From Bacteroidota bacterium (GTDB taxonomy: Bacteria > Bacteroidota > Rhodothermia > Rhodothermales > UBA10348), in the NCBI GenBank assembly GCA_027622005.1, contig JAQBZH010000004.1, positions 23,586 through 87,585 on the forward strand: a stretch of DNA of 64,000 nt, given 5' to 3'. Position numbers and translations under genes: made by a program. Under the pieces are notes generated by a model. It ran no database searches. It was not told the DNA's origin and was given only the letters and a program-made list of their open reading frames with translations. Every line of letters starts with the position of its first letter. Positions within the stretch are counted from its first letter, which is position 1. Shown in pieces: positions 1-10,328 of the stretch.

Positions 1-929
1 TCTTCCGAATTTGTGGGATAGACCCCCGAAAATACCATCGGCTTCGATTCTCTAAAGCCCTCAATAGCCTTAGAAGTCGGATTTGCCTGGGAGGTTATGG
101 TATCACCGACCTGCGTGTCTTTAACATCTTTTATGGAGCCAATGATGTAGCCAACTTCGCCGGCATAAAGGGTGTCCACGGGTTCCATGGTAAGGCGGAG
201 GTGGCCTACTTCTTCGGCATCACACTTCTTTGCCGTTGCCATGAATAGAATGCCGTCTCCTTTTTTGAGCGTTCCTTCAAATACTCGAGCGTATACGATT
301 GAGCCCCTATAGGAATTAAAAATCGAATCAAATATCAAAGCTTTGAGAGGTGCATTTCGATCGCCGGATGGCGCGGGAATCCTTCTGACAATGGTCTCTA
401 ACAAATCATGAACGCCCAATCCTGTTTTCGCGCTGATCCGGCCTATTTCTTCCGCCGGTTCACCGATCAAATTTTCGATAGTTTGAGCTACTTGCTCAAC
501 ATTAGCTCCTGGCAAATCCACTTTATTCAAAACTGGAATGATCTCCAGATTCAACTCCATGGCTAGGAGCAAGTTGGAAATGGTTTGGGCTTCAATACCC
601 TGAGCAGCGTCAACGACTAGGATAGCGCCTTCACAGGCTTCGAGCGCTCGGGAAACTTCATACGTGAAATCTACGTGGCCTGGAGTATCTATCAGGTTGA
701 GCACGTAGGTTTCGCCATCATCAGCCTTGTAACTCATTCGAATTGCATGGCTTTTTATGGTGATTCCCCGCTCTCTTTCCAAGTCCATCGAATCGAGGAC
801 CTGTGCATGCAACTGGCGGCTGCTTAAGGTTCCTGTCAATTCAAGTAACCGATCCGCAAGCGTACTTTTGCCGTGATCAATATGGGCGATAATGCAGAAG
901 TTTCTAATTCTGCTTTGTTCAATGGCCAT
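1..929 (-). CDS. lepA: Elongation factor 4 (LepA), N-terminal ~309 codons; the 3' end runs off the window
   Basis: My own translation of the minus strand from ATG 929-927 gives [33 protein letters not shown]...[14 protein letters not shown]...NKVDLP. It has GTPase G1/G3/G4 motifs and a LepA-type N-terminus. It is absent from the ORF track because the window edge truncates it. Confidence 0.9.
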   Translation of the reverse strand, partial: MAIEQSRIRNFCIIAHIDHGKSTLADRLLELTGTLSSRQLHAQVLDSMDLERERGITIKSHAIRMSYKADDGETYVLNLIDTPGHVDFTYEVSRALEACEGAILVVDAAQGIEAQTISNLLLAMELNLEIIPVLNKVDLPGANVEQVAQTIENLIGEPAEEIGRISAKTGLGVHDLLETIVRRIPAPSGDRNAPLKALIFDSIFNSYRGSIVYARVFEGTLKKGDGILFMATAKKCDAEEVGHLRLTMEPVDTLYAGEVGYIIGSIKDVKDTQVGDTITSQANPTSKAIEGFRESKPMVFSGVYPTNSE

Positions 930-1307
930 GCAAAGGGGGTAATATCAAATCGAAAAAGCGTGATCGTATAATACAATCGTAGACACGCGGTTCCGAAACG
1001 AGGAAATGTTCGGAAGAATTTGACATGGATAGAACGATGAACTGTATTTTTGTTTTGAACAGAACTCCGATTGAGCTTAAAAGTAGGAGCACATAAAGCG
1101 ATACTTTAAGTAAATCGACCTAAAAACGAACCATTATTTTTTACATTTTTTAGGAGTTTTTGTTAATAAATTGCATTAAGTGTGTTTTTATGTACTTGTC
1201 CCCCAACGTGTTATAGTAAACAGATAATGTTATATATGACCAACAAGCGTCATTTGGGTAATTCAACGTACTCCTGTGTAATAGGAAACGACTGAAGGTA
1301 AGATTCT

Positions 1308-1886
1308 ATGCGTTCCGTTTCGGACGAACAGTTTCGTGCTTGGAGTCACGGTCTTCAACTTTCTGATGGGAGTTCCTATTCAGAGCTGTTTGACGCCACG
1401 TATGATGCTCTCCATCGATATGCGATGTTCATCACTCGTGATTCAGACGCCTCTTCGGATATCCTTCAAGATGTGTTTTTGAAACTGTGGCGCGTTCGCA
1501 CAACGATTGATCCAGAGCGGTCGCTAAAAGCGCTCATGTACCAGATGGTGCGGAATTATGCCCTCAATCACGAAAGACAGAAGAAGCGACACGCTGCGGA
1601 AGCAATTGAAGCAGATAGCCCTTCAGTCGGCTTTGATAATATGGACGATGAACGGTTGGATGCCGACAGGCTGCAGGAAAATTTAAACCTGTGGATTGCC
1701 GAAATGCCAGATCGGAGAAGAGAAGCCTTTATGTTGAGTCGATACGAAAGACTTTCGCACGAAGAAATCGCTGCTTTGATGGACCTGGCACCAAAAACGG
1801 TAAACAATCACATTGTCCTAGCGCTCCAGCACCTTCGAAAGAAACTGGACAGTTTTCAAAGTGAAAGGATTATAGAAACTAAGTAA
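1308..1886 (+). CDS. ECF-type RNA polymerase sigma-70 family factor
   Basis: 192 aa. Region 2-like DILQDVFLKLW, region 4 HTH-like LSHEEIAALMDLAPKTVNNHI. It is followed by FecR-like and TonB-receptor genes. Confidence 0.85.
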   Translation: MRSVSDEQFRAWSHGLQLSDGSSYSELFDATYDALHRYAMFITRDSDASSDILQDVFLKLWRVRTTIDPERSLKALMYQMVRNYALNHERQKKRHAAEAIEADSPSVGFDNMDDERLDADRLQENLNLWIAEMPDRRREAFMLSRYERLSHEEIAALMDLAPKTVNNHIVLALQHLRKKLDSFQSERIIETK

Positions 1887-1933
1887 ACAAGCGATCCAGT
1901 AAGTAGACCTAGCAAAGAACGATCATAGAATAA

Positions 1934-2904
1934 GTGAGTCTTCCACGCGCATCATATCCCCTCCCCAATGAGATCTTTGACGATCTCGACGGTTTGACAC
2001 CATCAGATCGACTTGATCTGCTTGAGGTATGGTCTTTGGTTATTGAAGATGCCGATTCACTGGATTCGTCTACGGATAACGGCAAGAATAGAGTTCGGAA
2101 CGCCGTGATGGAGCAAGTTCTGCTTCCTGAAACGTCCCACTAAAAGTCATTCAGACGCAAAGACAACCAATAGCCCGTGTTTTCGACCTAAGATTCCGCT
2201 TTGTTTCTATAGCTGCGGCTTTAGTTGTGGGAGTATCCACTTTACTTAGCCCGACAAGTCAACAATTTCGCTCTCCCGTAGGCTCCGGCGTGCCAACCCT
2301 AGTTTCTCTGTCCGATGGCAGCACGGTTTCACTAGCTCCGGGCAGTCGTCTAAGTGTTCCAAGCAATTTCGGAACGGATTCTCGGCAGGTAATTTTGCAC
2401 GGCCAAGCCTTTTTTGACGTAACTGCAGGGGCCCTTCCTTTTGAAGTAAAAACATTTGACGCCCGGACGCAGGTCCTTGGCACCAGCTTTTCGATAAAAG
2501 CATGGCCCGGATCAGCTGAAGCCGCCTCTGAAATTGTTGTTCAAACGGGCCGCGTGTCTGTTTCGACGTATGTTTCCGAGGTTCTTGTCAATCCGGGTGA
2601 AGCAACATCTATTGATTTGCGAGCTGGCTTACCAACCACTCCAAGAAAAACGAACGTTGCCACTAACCTCTCTTGGACCAGTGGCGGTTTTTATTTTGAC
2701 GAGGAACTGGTAGAAAACGTAATTGAAGAAGTTGAGCGTCGTTTTGACGTTGAAATCGATGCCCCCGTCTCGATTAGACTTCGTCGTTTTTCGTATTCTA
2801 CAAGAGAAGCCGTCACTGCATCTGATGTTATGGGTGATTTGGCAGCCACGATTGGAATTAGGTATCGCGCAACAGCTAACGGATTCGAACTCTACCTTCA
2901 ATAG
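1934..2904 (+). pseudogene. FecR-family anti-sigma factor, split over two reading frames (1934..2143 and 2131/2227..2904)
   Basis: The N-terminal piece (69 aa) ends at TAA 2141-2143. The frame-1 piece is open from 2131 and encodes the predicted TM helix RFRFVSIAAALVVGVSTLL before its first start codon (GTG 2227). A FecR-like periplasmic domain (LSDGSTVSLAPGSRLSV) follows. The two frames overlap only at 2131-2140. Confidence 0.55.
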
Positions 2905-2932
2905 GTAACCCGTTCGCATGGTTTTTTATAAG

Positions 2933-2966
2933 GCCGATTTTCCACCTGAGAAAATCGGCTTTTTTA
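2933..2966 (+). terminator. Rho-independent terminator-like hairpin after the FecR-like gene
   Basis: 10-bp perfect stem gccgattttc / gaaaatcggc (2933-2942 / 2950-2959), 7-nt loop, then TTTTTT. Confidence 0.6.
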
Positions 2967-3107
2967 TTTGGATCCGGTTCGTGACTTATGTCGTTGTATA
3001 AGGATTATCAGCCTTTGTGCTTAGTGTTTTGTATTTTCACCCAGACGCTTGTTTTTCGGCACAAAGACTTGCCAGACCTAGGATTTCGGTAAATTCACTT
3101 CAGCATT

Positions 3108-5978
3108 GTGAGACGCTTGGACCGGTTTAAGAGCATCTCTTTTTTAAGGATGCCCCACGGGCAGATGACCGTATGTATTTTTGCGGTCTTAGTATCTTTG
3201 TCTCTTCCTGCTGCCGTTTCATTTGGGCAAAATATCCCCTCAAATCGAACGTATTCGATCGTTCAGCGCGGAATTCCGTTAAACGACGCCTTACAACAGT
3301 TTATTACTGTCACTGCCGGAGACATTTCGATCTCGTGGGATCCACTCATCGTTTCGGGCAAAAGAGCATTCTGTGTAATTGAAGATGCTCGGGCCGACGC
3401 TTTGTTGAACTGTATTTTGCGTGGCACTGGTTTAGACTATGTAGTCCGATCGAACGGGTTATATGTGGTTGGAATTGCAACCGAGGGACCTCCCCTTTAC
3501 GGAAATTTGAGAGGAATCATTCTAGACCGCGACACAGAACAGCCGGTTTCAAACGCGACGGTCTATTTGGCAGAAGCTAATCGGGGCGTTGTAGCAAACT
3601 ACGAGGGCATGTTCATTTTTCCGCGTTTACTCCCCGGGTCCTACAACGTTCGAGTACAACACATTGGATACCGAACAAGACAAACCAAAATTGAGATTGA
3701 CGCCGGCGAAGATGCATCTACCGAGATAATTCTGGAGTCCGAAAGTATCCTCATTACCACGCCGTTGGTTATTGACGGTAGAATTCCTTCTTCCTCGATG
3801 CTGGGAGCCGCTTCCGCTACGCAAGAAGAGATCGTTCAAAACCTGGCTGCAGGAACTTCGGGACTGCTTCAAAGCCTGGATGCCATGCCAGGCGTAAGAG
3901 TAAACGATACCACGGCCGACATTCACATTCAGGGCGGTGAAGCCGGCGAACATCAGTTTAGATTGGATGGGACCCCCATTTTTCTTCCCTTAAATGTCGC
4001 CTCTTTTATCGGCCCGTTCAGTCCATTTGCTCTAGGCAAAATAACCGTACACAAAGCTGGTTTTTCCGCCCGATTGGGGTCACAGATCTCTGGTATCATC
4101 TCAGCTGAGCACGATTTGCGAATACCCTTTGGAAGTGCTGGTAAAAAGCAAGGCACCCAACTGACCTTTCAAGTCGATCCGCTTTCCACCAACGGGAGGT
4201 ATTCTGGGTTCTGGGATTTGTCTTCCGGCAAGCACGTAACGGTGCTCGGATCAGCCCGACTCGGCACCTGGAGCCTATTAGCTCCTCCCGCTCTTTCTCG
4301 ACTTATGGATGAATGGAACACCGTGGATACCTTTTTGCTGTCTGCATTTGCCGAACAAAACACACCATTTGCAAACCTTCCAAGCACGGGTGATCCTGCC
4401 ATTCAGTTTGCCGATGTCCATGCTGCCTCAAAAGTTCGCTTCGGGGCTCTCAAAACGTGGAATACATCGGCTTATTGGGGGCGTAGTAGCCTCGGAAACA
4501 GTCTGGCTAACATCGATATACTGGCTGAACCCTCCCAGTTGACCAATCAACTGAGCAGCTTTAAAGATCTTTATAGTTGGCAAACCGCCATGGCGCAGTC
4601 CCGGCTCGAAGTCGTACAATCTGCCCACGCCTTGACCTCCATTGGGCTTAAAAGTAGCTTTTATAAGCTCTCCCATGACTTTGAAGTGCCTGATGATGTG
4701 TCTAATGAAGCCGCTGAGGACGACGGGAATCAGGTCTATGAGGTGAGTGTTGATGGCTCATTGGACTATTTCTCAGATTCGGGCATGGAGTTAGACCTCG
4801 GCGCCGAGGCTACCGTTACCGGAACCAAATTTACAGTGGCCGGAACCTAACAGTTTCCTTTGATTCACGAATCAACCGGCTGGCGTGCAGCCCTTTTTGC
4901 CGAAAACAAAATCCATCTCGGGCAAAACACAGTAATAGAAGCGGGATTAAGAACAACGTGGCTGGCTGCGCGGAAAAGTTTGTACGCGGAGCCCCGTTTA
5001 GCCGTCCGAATGGATTGGCTTAAAACCCCCGCCGGGGACGTTTCCTTATTTTTGGCCTCCGGACTATACCGACAATTTGTCTCCCAATTCGATATTAGCA
5101 GCCGCAGTCCACGGACCTTTGTGTCCTCAACTCGCTTTTGGATGGGTAACGACTCTTCCGTTAAGCCACCGAAGGCTGCACACTTTGCTGCTGAGCTACT
5201 CGTCACGCCTAATCAAAATTGGACTACTTCGGCAGAAACCTTCTATAAGCATCAGTACCACATCCTTTCAGTCGACTATTCTGCAAGCAACCCAGAGGTT
5301 CTTTCTTCTCTACAACAAAGTGAGTTTTTAAAATCCTCGAGCGGCTATTCCTACGGTTTTGCTGGAACGATTCAGCGCATGTTAAACCCTGGAAGCGTAA
5401 AAGTGCGATTTGACCACACGATCACGCAGCGCAAGATCAGTGATTTGTTTGGAAACCGAACGCTGAGCGTTCCATGGAGTGAACCGTTTAGATTAGAATT
5501 GGCCACGGACATCGTTCCAGCCAAAGGCGTCATTCTGTTGATGCGCTGGAGGGGCTCTTGGGGACGCTCCTGGGGTTACCGCAAAGCGTACTATGATTTT
5601 TTGAGTGCCCACTTGAACGACGTGGATTCGCTTTTGGAAGAGTTGCGCGAAAATGGAGTTTCGGCCGATGCCATCAATCGAATCAAGAGACAAATAACCA
5701 ATTACGATTTAACGTCGCCCGATAGCCACACGTTACCCCCGATTTATCAACTCGATTTGAGCGGTTCTTATTCCATTCGCATCGGGAAATACGCTCTGCA
5801 ATTACGGGCGGACATCATCAATGTGCTCAATCGGGACAATACGGCCGAATGGCGTTTTGAGCTTGATGAAGAATCGTATTTCGGGAATGGATCTGGCTCT
5901 ACGACAGGCTTGTTGGAACGATCAGACAGGCACTTGCTGCCCCGAATCTTAAGCGTCGCTGCTCGTTTGACCTGGTAG
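3108..5978 (+). pseudogene. TonB-dependent receptor/transducer (STN + carboxypeptidase-regulatory-like + plug + barrel) interrupted by one in-frame TAA at 4848-4850
   Basis: ORFs 3108..4850 and 4860..5978 are in the same frame (...FTVAGT*QFPLIHESTGW...). The N-part has an STN-like segment (IPLNDALQQFITVTAGDISISWDP), a CarboxypepD_reg-like segment (GYRTRQTKIEI) and a plug-like segment (IHIQGGEAGEHQFRLDGTPIF). The C-part ends ...AARLTW, typical of a barrel terminus. The start is uncertain (GTG 3108, ATG 3150 or ATG 3165). Confidence 0.6.
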
Positions 5979-6617
5979 TTCAGTCGATGCCGATGTAGTT
6001 GGATCCGTATCGACGATCGGTCCGGGCCCAGCAGCCGCATTCGGAACACCACCCTCTAGAGCTATTGTTTTTTCGTGGAATTTCTTCTGGAAAAAGATAA
6101 TTCCAACAACGCCTAACACGATCGACATATCAGCCACATTCCAGATCGGAAACAAGGCCATGTAATTACCGCCGATCAGCGGAATCCCATCGGGAAGGTA
6201 CCCTTTCCATACATTAATATGGATAAAATCAACAACCCTTCCCAAAAACAGGGGCTCGTCGTACAGCAATTTTCCAAAAAAGACCCTATCAATAATGTTG
6301 CCTACCGCTCCGCCGAGTACAAAACTCAGACTTGCTCGGTAAGGCCCATAAATTGATCCGATCTTGTATAGATAGAGGATAATTAAAAAGGTGGCAATGA
6401 TACTGAAAATCGTAATCATGGCTGGAGGACCGAAACGAATTCCAAACGCCATGCCCGGATTTTCAGTAAACGTAAACCGAAGCCAATCGCCAAGAAGAGG
6501 AATGGACTGACCTAACTGCATCGTATTCAGAACGATAGCCTTAGTGATTTGGTCGATACAAATAACAGCCAGAACGATGACTGTCGACCTAGTTTTCCAT
6601 TTATTGGGTGTTTCCAT
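5949..6617 (-). CDS. lspA: Lipoprotein signal peptidase (signal peptidase II) with a ~50-aa Pro/Thr/Ala-rich C-terminal extension
   Basis: 222 aa. Motifs IDQITK, NPGMAFG, GGAVGNIIDR, WNVADMSIVLG. Sits in the ileS-dksA-like-lspA context. Confidence 0.85.
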   Translation of the reverse strand: METPNKWKTRSTVIVLAVICIDQITKAIVLNTMQLGQSIPLLGDWLRFTFTENPGMAFGIRFGPPAMITIFSIIATFLIILYLYKIGSIYGPYRASLSFVLGGAVGNIIDRVFFGKLLYDEPLFLGRVVDFIHINVWKGYLPDGIPLIGGNYMALFPIWNVADMSIVLGVVGIIFFQKKFHEKTIALEGGVPNAAAGPGPIVDTDPTTSASTELPGQTSSDA

Positions 6618-6681
6618 AAGAAAGAGCGCTCTCGTTTTGGCGTGGAGAACGCCCTTAGGCTACGCGCCAAAACGTGGCTGG

Positions 6682-7101
6682 TTACCGTTTTTGCTTAAGC
6701 TTGGCTTCGATCGATATCTCTGTGTGAGGTACAGCTTCTAGGCGTTCCTTTGAAATAGGCTTTCCGGTAACCTTACAAACGCCGTAGGTATTGTTTTCGA
6801 TACGCTCAAGGGCTCTATCAAGATATCCGATATATTTCTGTTCTCTAGCAATCATCAAATAGAGCTTTTCACGCTCCATTGCGTCCGTACCTGCGTCAGC
6901 CATATGGTGGCTATACGCTGTGTCGTTCTCAGATTGCTCCCGAGCATCCGCTAATTGGGACCGCATCCGATTTACATCGTCATGGGCAGCATCACGTTTT
7001 TCAAGAATTAATTCTTTGAAGTGGGCCAAAACATCATCAGAATAAGGGGATTTCACTCCTCTGATAAAGGTTTCTTCTTCGCGTGTAATTTCTGATTCCA
7101 T
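6682..7101 (-). CDS. DksA/TraR-family protein with only one of four zinc-finger cysteines retained
   Basis: 139 aa. Coiled-coil region plus C-terminal YGVCKVTGKPISKERLEAVPHTEISIEAK, where a C4 finger would normally sit. Confidence 0.75.
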   Translation of the reverse strand: MESEITREEETFIRGVKSPYSDDVLAHFKELILEKRDAAHDDVNRMRSQLADAREQSENDTAYSHHMADAGTDAMEREKLYLMIAREQKYIGYLDRALERIENNTYGVCKVTGKPISKERLEAVPHTEISIEAKLKQKR

Positions 7102-7130
7102 CTTCTTTATTCAATTTTATCGATTCGGAT

Positions 7131-10100
7131 CTAGCCTTTGCTGCCAAGCCGCCGGATCCCGATCGTCAGCTGCTCATCATTGATCACAAATTCGGACGTT
7201 ACGTCTCCTCCTGAAACGTGGGTTTGTTCCAACTCTACACTCAACGTCTCGTTCCTTATCCAATCAGCATGCAATTTAAGCGCGGCAACGATAATTTCCG
7301 AGCCTGAAAACGATACATAAATTCGATCGATTACGGAAAAACCGGCATCTTTACGCATATTTTGGATCCGGTTGACTGTTTCTCTTGCAAGTCCTTCAGC
7401 GATTAATTCATCCGAAAGCTTCGTGTCCAGGGCTACGGTAATGCCCTCTTCTTGCCCAACCAACCAACCTGAAATTCCCTCGCTACTGATTTCGATATCT
7501 TCCAAGTTTAGAACGATGGTTTCCCCTTCAAGAGTTAGAGACATTTGTCCGTTTTCTAAAAAGGTATCAATGGCGCTCGCATCCATTTCTCTGATGAAGC
7601 CAGAAACGGCCTTCATATGACGTCCAAGCCGTTTACCGAGCGTCTTAAAGTTCGGCTTAGCCTGTCTCGATACCACATCAGACGACCCAGAGACGTATTC
7701 GATTGCTTTGATGTTGGTTTCATCGCGAATGATCGCTCCTACTTCATCAATCACGTTCTGCTCTACGCCAATTCCAACGACGACCAAAATCCGTGCTAGA
7801 GGCTGCCTTACGTTAATCCCGGCCGTGTTTCGGAGCGCTAAAACGTTGGAAGAAATGACGCGTGCCAGAAACATTTTGTGCTCAAGCACTAGATCTCGAT
7901 TGCCTATGAATTCCGATTCCGTAGGGAAATCCGTCAAGTGAACCGATTCAGAGGTGCTCAGGCCGGTTCCTTCATTTACACTGGTAAAGAGCCACTCAGC
8001 GAAGAATGGCGAGATAGGGGCGATAAGTTTAGAGATGGAGATCAGACATTCCGCGACTGTTTGATAAGCAGAAACCTTATCCGCTAACGACGAGCCACTT
8101 TCCTTAGCGCTCCAAAAACGCCTTCTGTTTCGCCGGATGTACCAATTGGACATTTCGTCCACGAGACTTTCCACTGCTCTAGCCGCTTTTGTCGGATTGT
8201 AGTCCGAATACGCTGCTTCAACCTCAATCGTGGTAGAGGCTAGGCGTGAGTGGATCCAGCGGTCCATTTCAGGTCGTTTCCGGACCTCTATGGGGTTGGA
8301 GTATGCAAAACCATCCACATTGGCGTAGGTCGCAAAGAACGAATACACATTGGAAATGGTGTTGAAAAACTTTCGCTGTGTTTCGACAATACCACGCTCC
8401 GAAAATTTCAAATTTTCCCACGGTGGCGTATTGCTCATCATATACCAGCGAATTACGTCTACACCATACTTTTCGATCAAAGCAAAGGGATCGACGGCAT
8501 TTCCCTTGCTTTTTGACATTTTTTCGCCGTTTTCATCGAGGACCAGTCCGTTAACGACGACATTTTTATAGGCTAATTGGTCCATCACGACGGTCGAAAT
8601 CGCGTGCAAAGTATAAAACCAACCCCGGGTTTGATCGACCCCTTCCGCGATAAAGTCCCCTGGAAAATTGCGTTCAAAAAGCTCCTTGTTTTCAAAAGGA
8701 TAGTGCCATTGGGCGAAGGGCATGGCTCCCGAATCAAACCATACGTCAATCAGGTCTTCTACCCTTCGCATGGTCCCACCGTCGGGAGCTGGCCAAGTGA
8801 GCTCGTCCACAAACGGCCGATGCAAGTCTACGTCTTCATCTCGCTCAGGCAACTGATTGCCACACTTAGCTCGTAGCGCGGCAATCGAGCCGATTAGTTC
8901 AATGTAGTCAGAGTCAGGCTTATCCGATTGCCAAATCGGAAGCGGTGTACCCCAATAACGACGTCGTGAAAGGGCCCAGTCCACATTGTTTTTCAACCAA
9001 TCGCCAAATCGGCCCGTCCCGATTCCCTCCGGTTGCCAATTAATCTGGTTGTTCAATTCGATCAATCGATCCTTCACTGCCGTAGTTCGAATGAACCACG
9101 AGTCAACCGGGTACGACATTAAAGGCGTTCCTTTACGCCAGTCGTGAGGGTAATTGTGGAGGTAGGTTTCGTGACGATAAAGTAGTCCGGCGTCTCTGAG
9201 GGCTCGCGACAACACTTTGTCAGCGTCTTTAAACCACATTCCCGATACGATAGTGATCTCTTTATTAAACAAACCGTCGGGCTGTACGGCGTTTAACATT
9301 GGAAGGCCTTCCTTCTTGGCCGTTTCAAAGTCCTCCGCGCCAAAAGCAGGCGCCGTATGGACAATGCCAGTACCATCTTCCGTCGATACGTAGTCGGCGG
9401 GCACGATTCTCCAGGCCTTTTCCGTTCCTTCCGTGCCGACAAAGTAGTCGAACAGAGGCTCGTAATGCCTCCCTAGTAGCTTAGCGCCAGTCGTCGTGGA
9501 AACGATTTCGTAATCTTCTTTAATACAACTCAATCGAGCCTTTGCCAAAATGAGTTGATGTTCACCGATATCTTCTGTGGTCAACCGAATGGTTACATAT
9601 TCAATATTCTTGCCGACGGCGAGGGCCACATTGGAAATAGTTGTCCAGGGTGTCGTTGTCCAGGCCAAATAATAGGTGTTGGGATCTTCGACCGATCTGA
9701 AACGGGTGAAAATGCTCGGGTCCTGGACTTCTTTATAGCCTAAACTGACCTCATGGGACGATAAGACAGTCCCGGATCCGGGTGAATACCACTGAATTTT
9801 GAATCCTTTGTACAAAAAGCCCTTCGCGTACATTTGCGAAAGCAACCACCATACACTTTCAATGTAACTGGATTTGAAGGTGATATAGGGATCATCCAAG
9901 TCTACCCAATATCCCATTCGAACGGTCAGTTCGTCCCACAGGCCTTTATATCTCAGCACGCTTTCACGACAGGCCGCATTGTATTTGGCTATTCCGTACT
10001 CCTCGACTTGATGCCGACCTTCTAACCCTAATTCCTTTTCAACTTCTATCTCCACGGGCAGTCCGTGCGTGTCCCAACCTGCTTTTCGCTCTACCTGATA

Positions 10101-10328
10101 CCCTTTCATCGTCTTAAAACGGCAAAACGTATCCTTGATGGTTCGGGCCATCACGTGATGAATGCCTGGCTTGCCATTTGCAGTTGGAGGGCCTTCAAAA
10201 AACGCAAAGGTTTCCTTGCCTTCACGCTGGCTCACACTTTTACTAAAAATGTCTCGTTCCGCCCAGAATTTGAGGATTTCCTTTTCCTGAAGGTTTGGGG
10301 ATTGGTCTTTTTGCTCGTTAAAGGCCAT
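7131..10328 (-). CDS. ileS: Isoleucyl-tRNA synthetase (long, type-2-like form)
   Basis: 1065 aa. PPTANGKPGIHHVMAR (HIGH region) and KMSKSKGN (KMSKS). Confidence 0.95.
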   Translation of the reverse strand: MAFNEQKDQSPNLQEKEILKFWAERDIFSKSVSQREGKETFAFFEGPPTANGKPGIHHVMARTIKDTFCRFKTMKGYQVERKAGWDTHGLPVEIEVEKELGLEGRHQVEEYGIAKYNAACRESVLRYKGLWDELTVRMGYWVDLDDPYITFKSSYIESVWWLLSQMYAKGFLYKGFKIQWYSPGSGTVLSSHEVSLGYKEVQDPSIFTRFRSVEDPNTYYLAWTTTPWTTISNVALAVGKNIEYVTIRLTTEDIGEHQLILAKARLSCIKEDYEIVSTTTGAKLLGRHYEPLFDYFVGTEGTEKAWRIVPADYVSTEDGTGIVHTAPAFGAEDFETAKKEGLPMLNAVQPDGLFNKEITIVSGMWFKDADKVLSRALRDAGLLYRHETYLHNYPHDWRKGTPLMSYPVDSWFIRTTAVKDRLIELNNQINWQPEGIGTGRFGDWLKNNVDWALSRRRYWGTPLPIWQSDKPDSDYIELIGSIAALRAKCGNQLPERDEDVDLHRPFVDELTWPAPDGGTMRRVEDLIDVWFDSGAMPFAQWHYPFENKELFERNFPGDFIAEGVDQTRGWFYTLHAISTVVMDQLAYKNVVVNGLVLDENGEKMSKSKGNAVDPFALIEKYGVDVIRWYMMSNTPPWENLKFSERGIVETQRKFFNTISNVYSFFATYANVDGFAYSNPIEVRKRPEMDRWIHSRLASTTIEVEAAYSDYNPTKAARAVESLVDEMSNWYIRRNRRRFWSAKESGSSLADKVSAYQTVAECLISISKLIAPISPFFAEWLFTSVNEGTGLSTSESVHLTDFPTESEFIGNRDLVLEHKMFLARVISSNVLALRNTAGINVRQPLARILVVVGIGVEQNVIDEVGAIIRDETNIKAIEYVSGSSDVVSRQAKPNFKTLGKRLGRHMKAVSGFIREMDASAIDTFLENGQMSLTLEGETIVLNLEDIEISSEGISGWLVGQEEGITVALDTKLSDELIAEGLARETVNRIQNMRKDAGFSVIDRIYVSFSGSEIIVAALKLHADWIRNETLSVELEQTHVSGGDVTSEFVINDEQLTIGIRRLGSKG

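Noticed and set aside
4848-4850. Recoding (selenocysteine/pyrrolysine) at the in-frame stop of the TonB receptor
   Set aside because: The codon is TAA, not TGA or TAG. No SECIS-like hairpin is needed or seen, and TAA is used as a normal terminator by other genes in the window.
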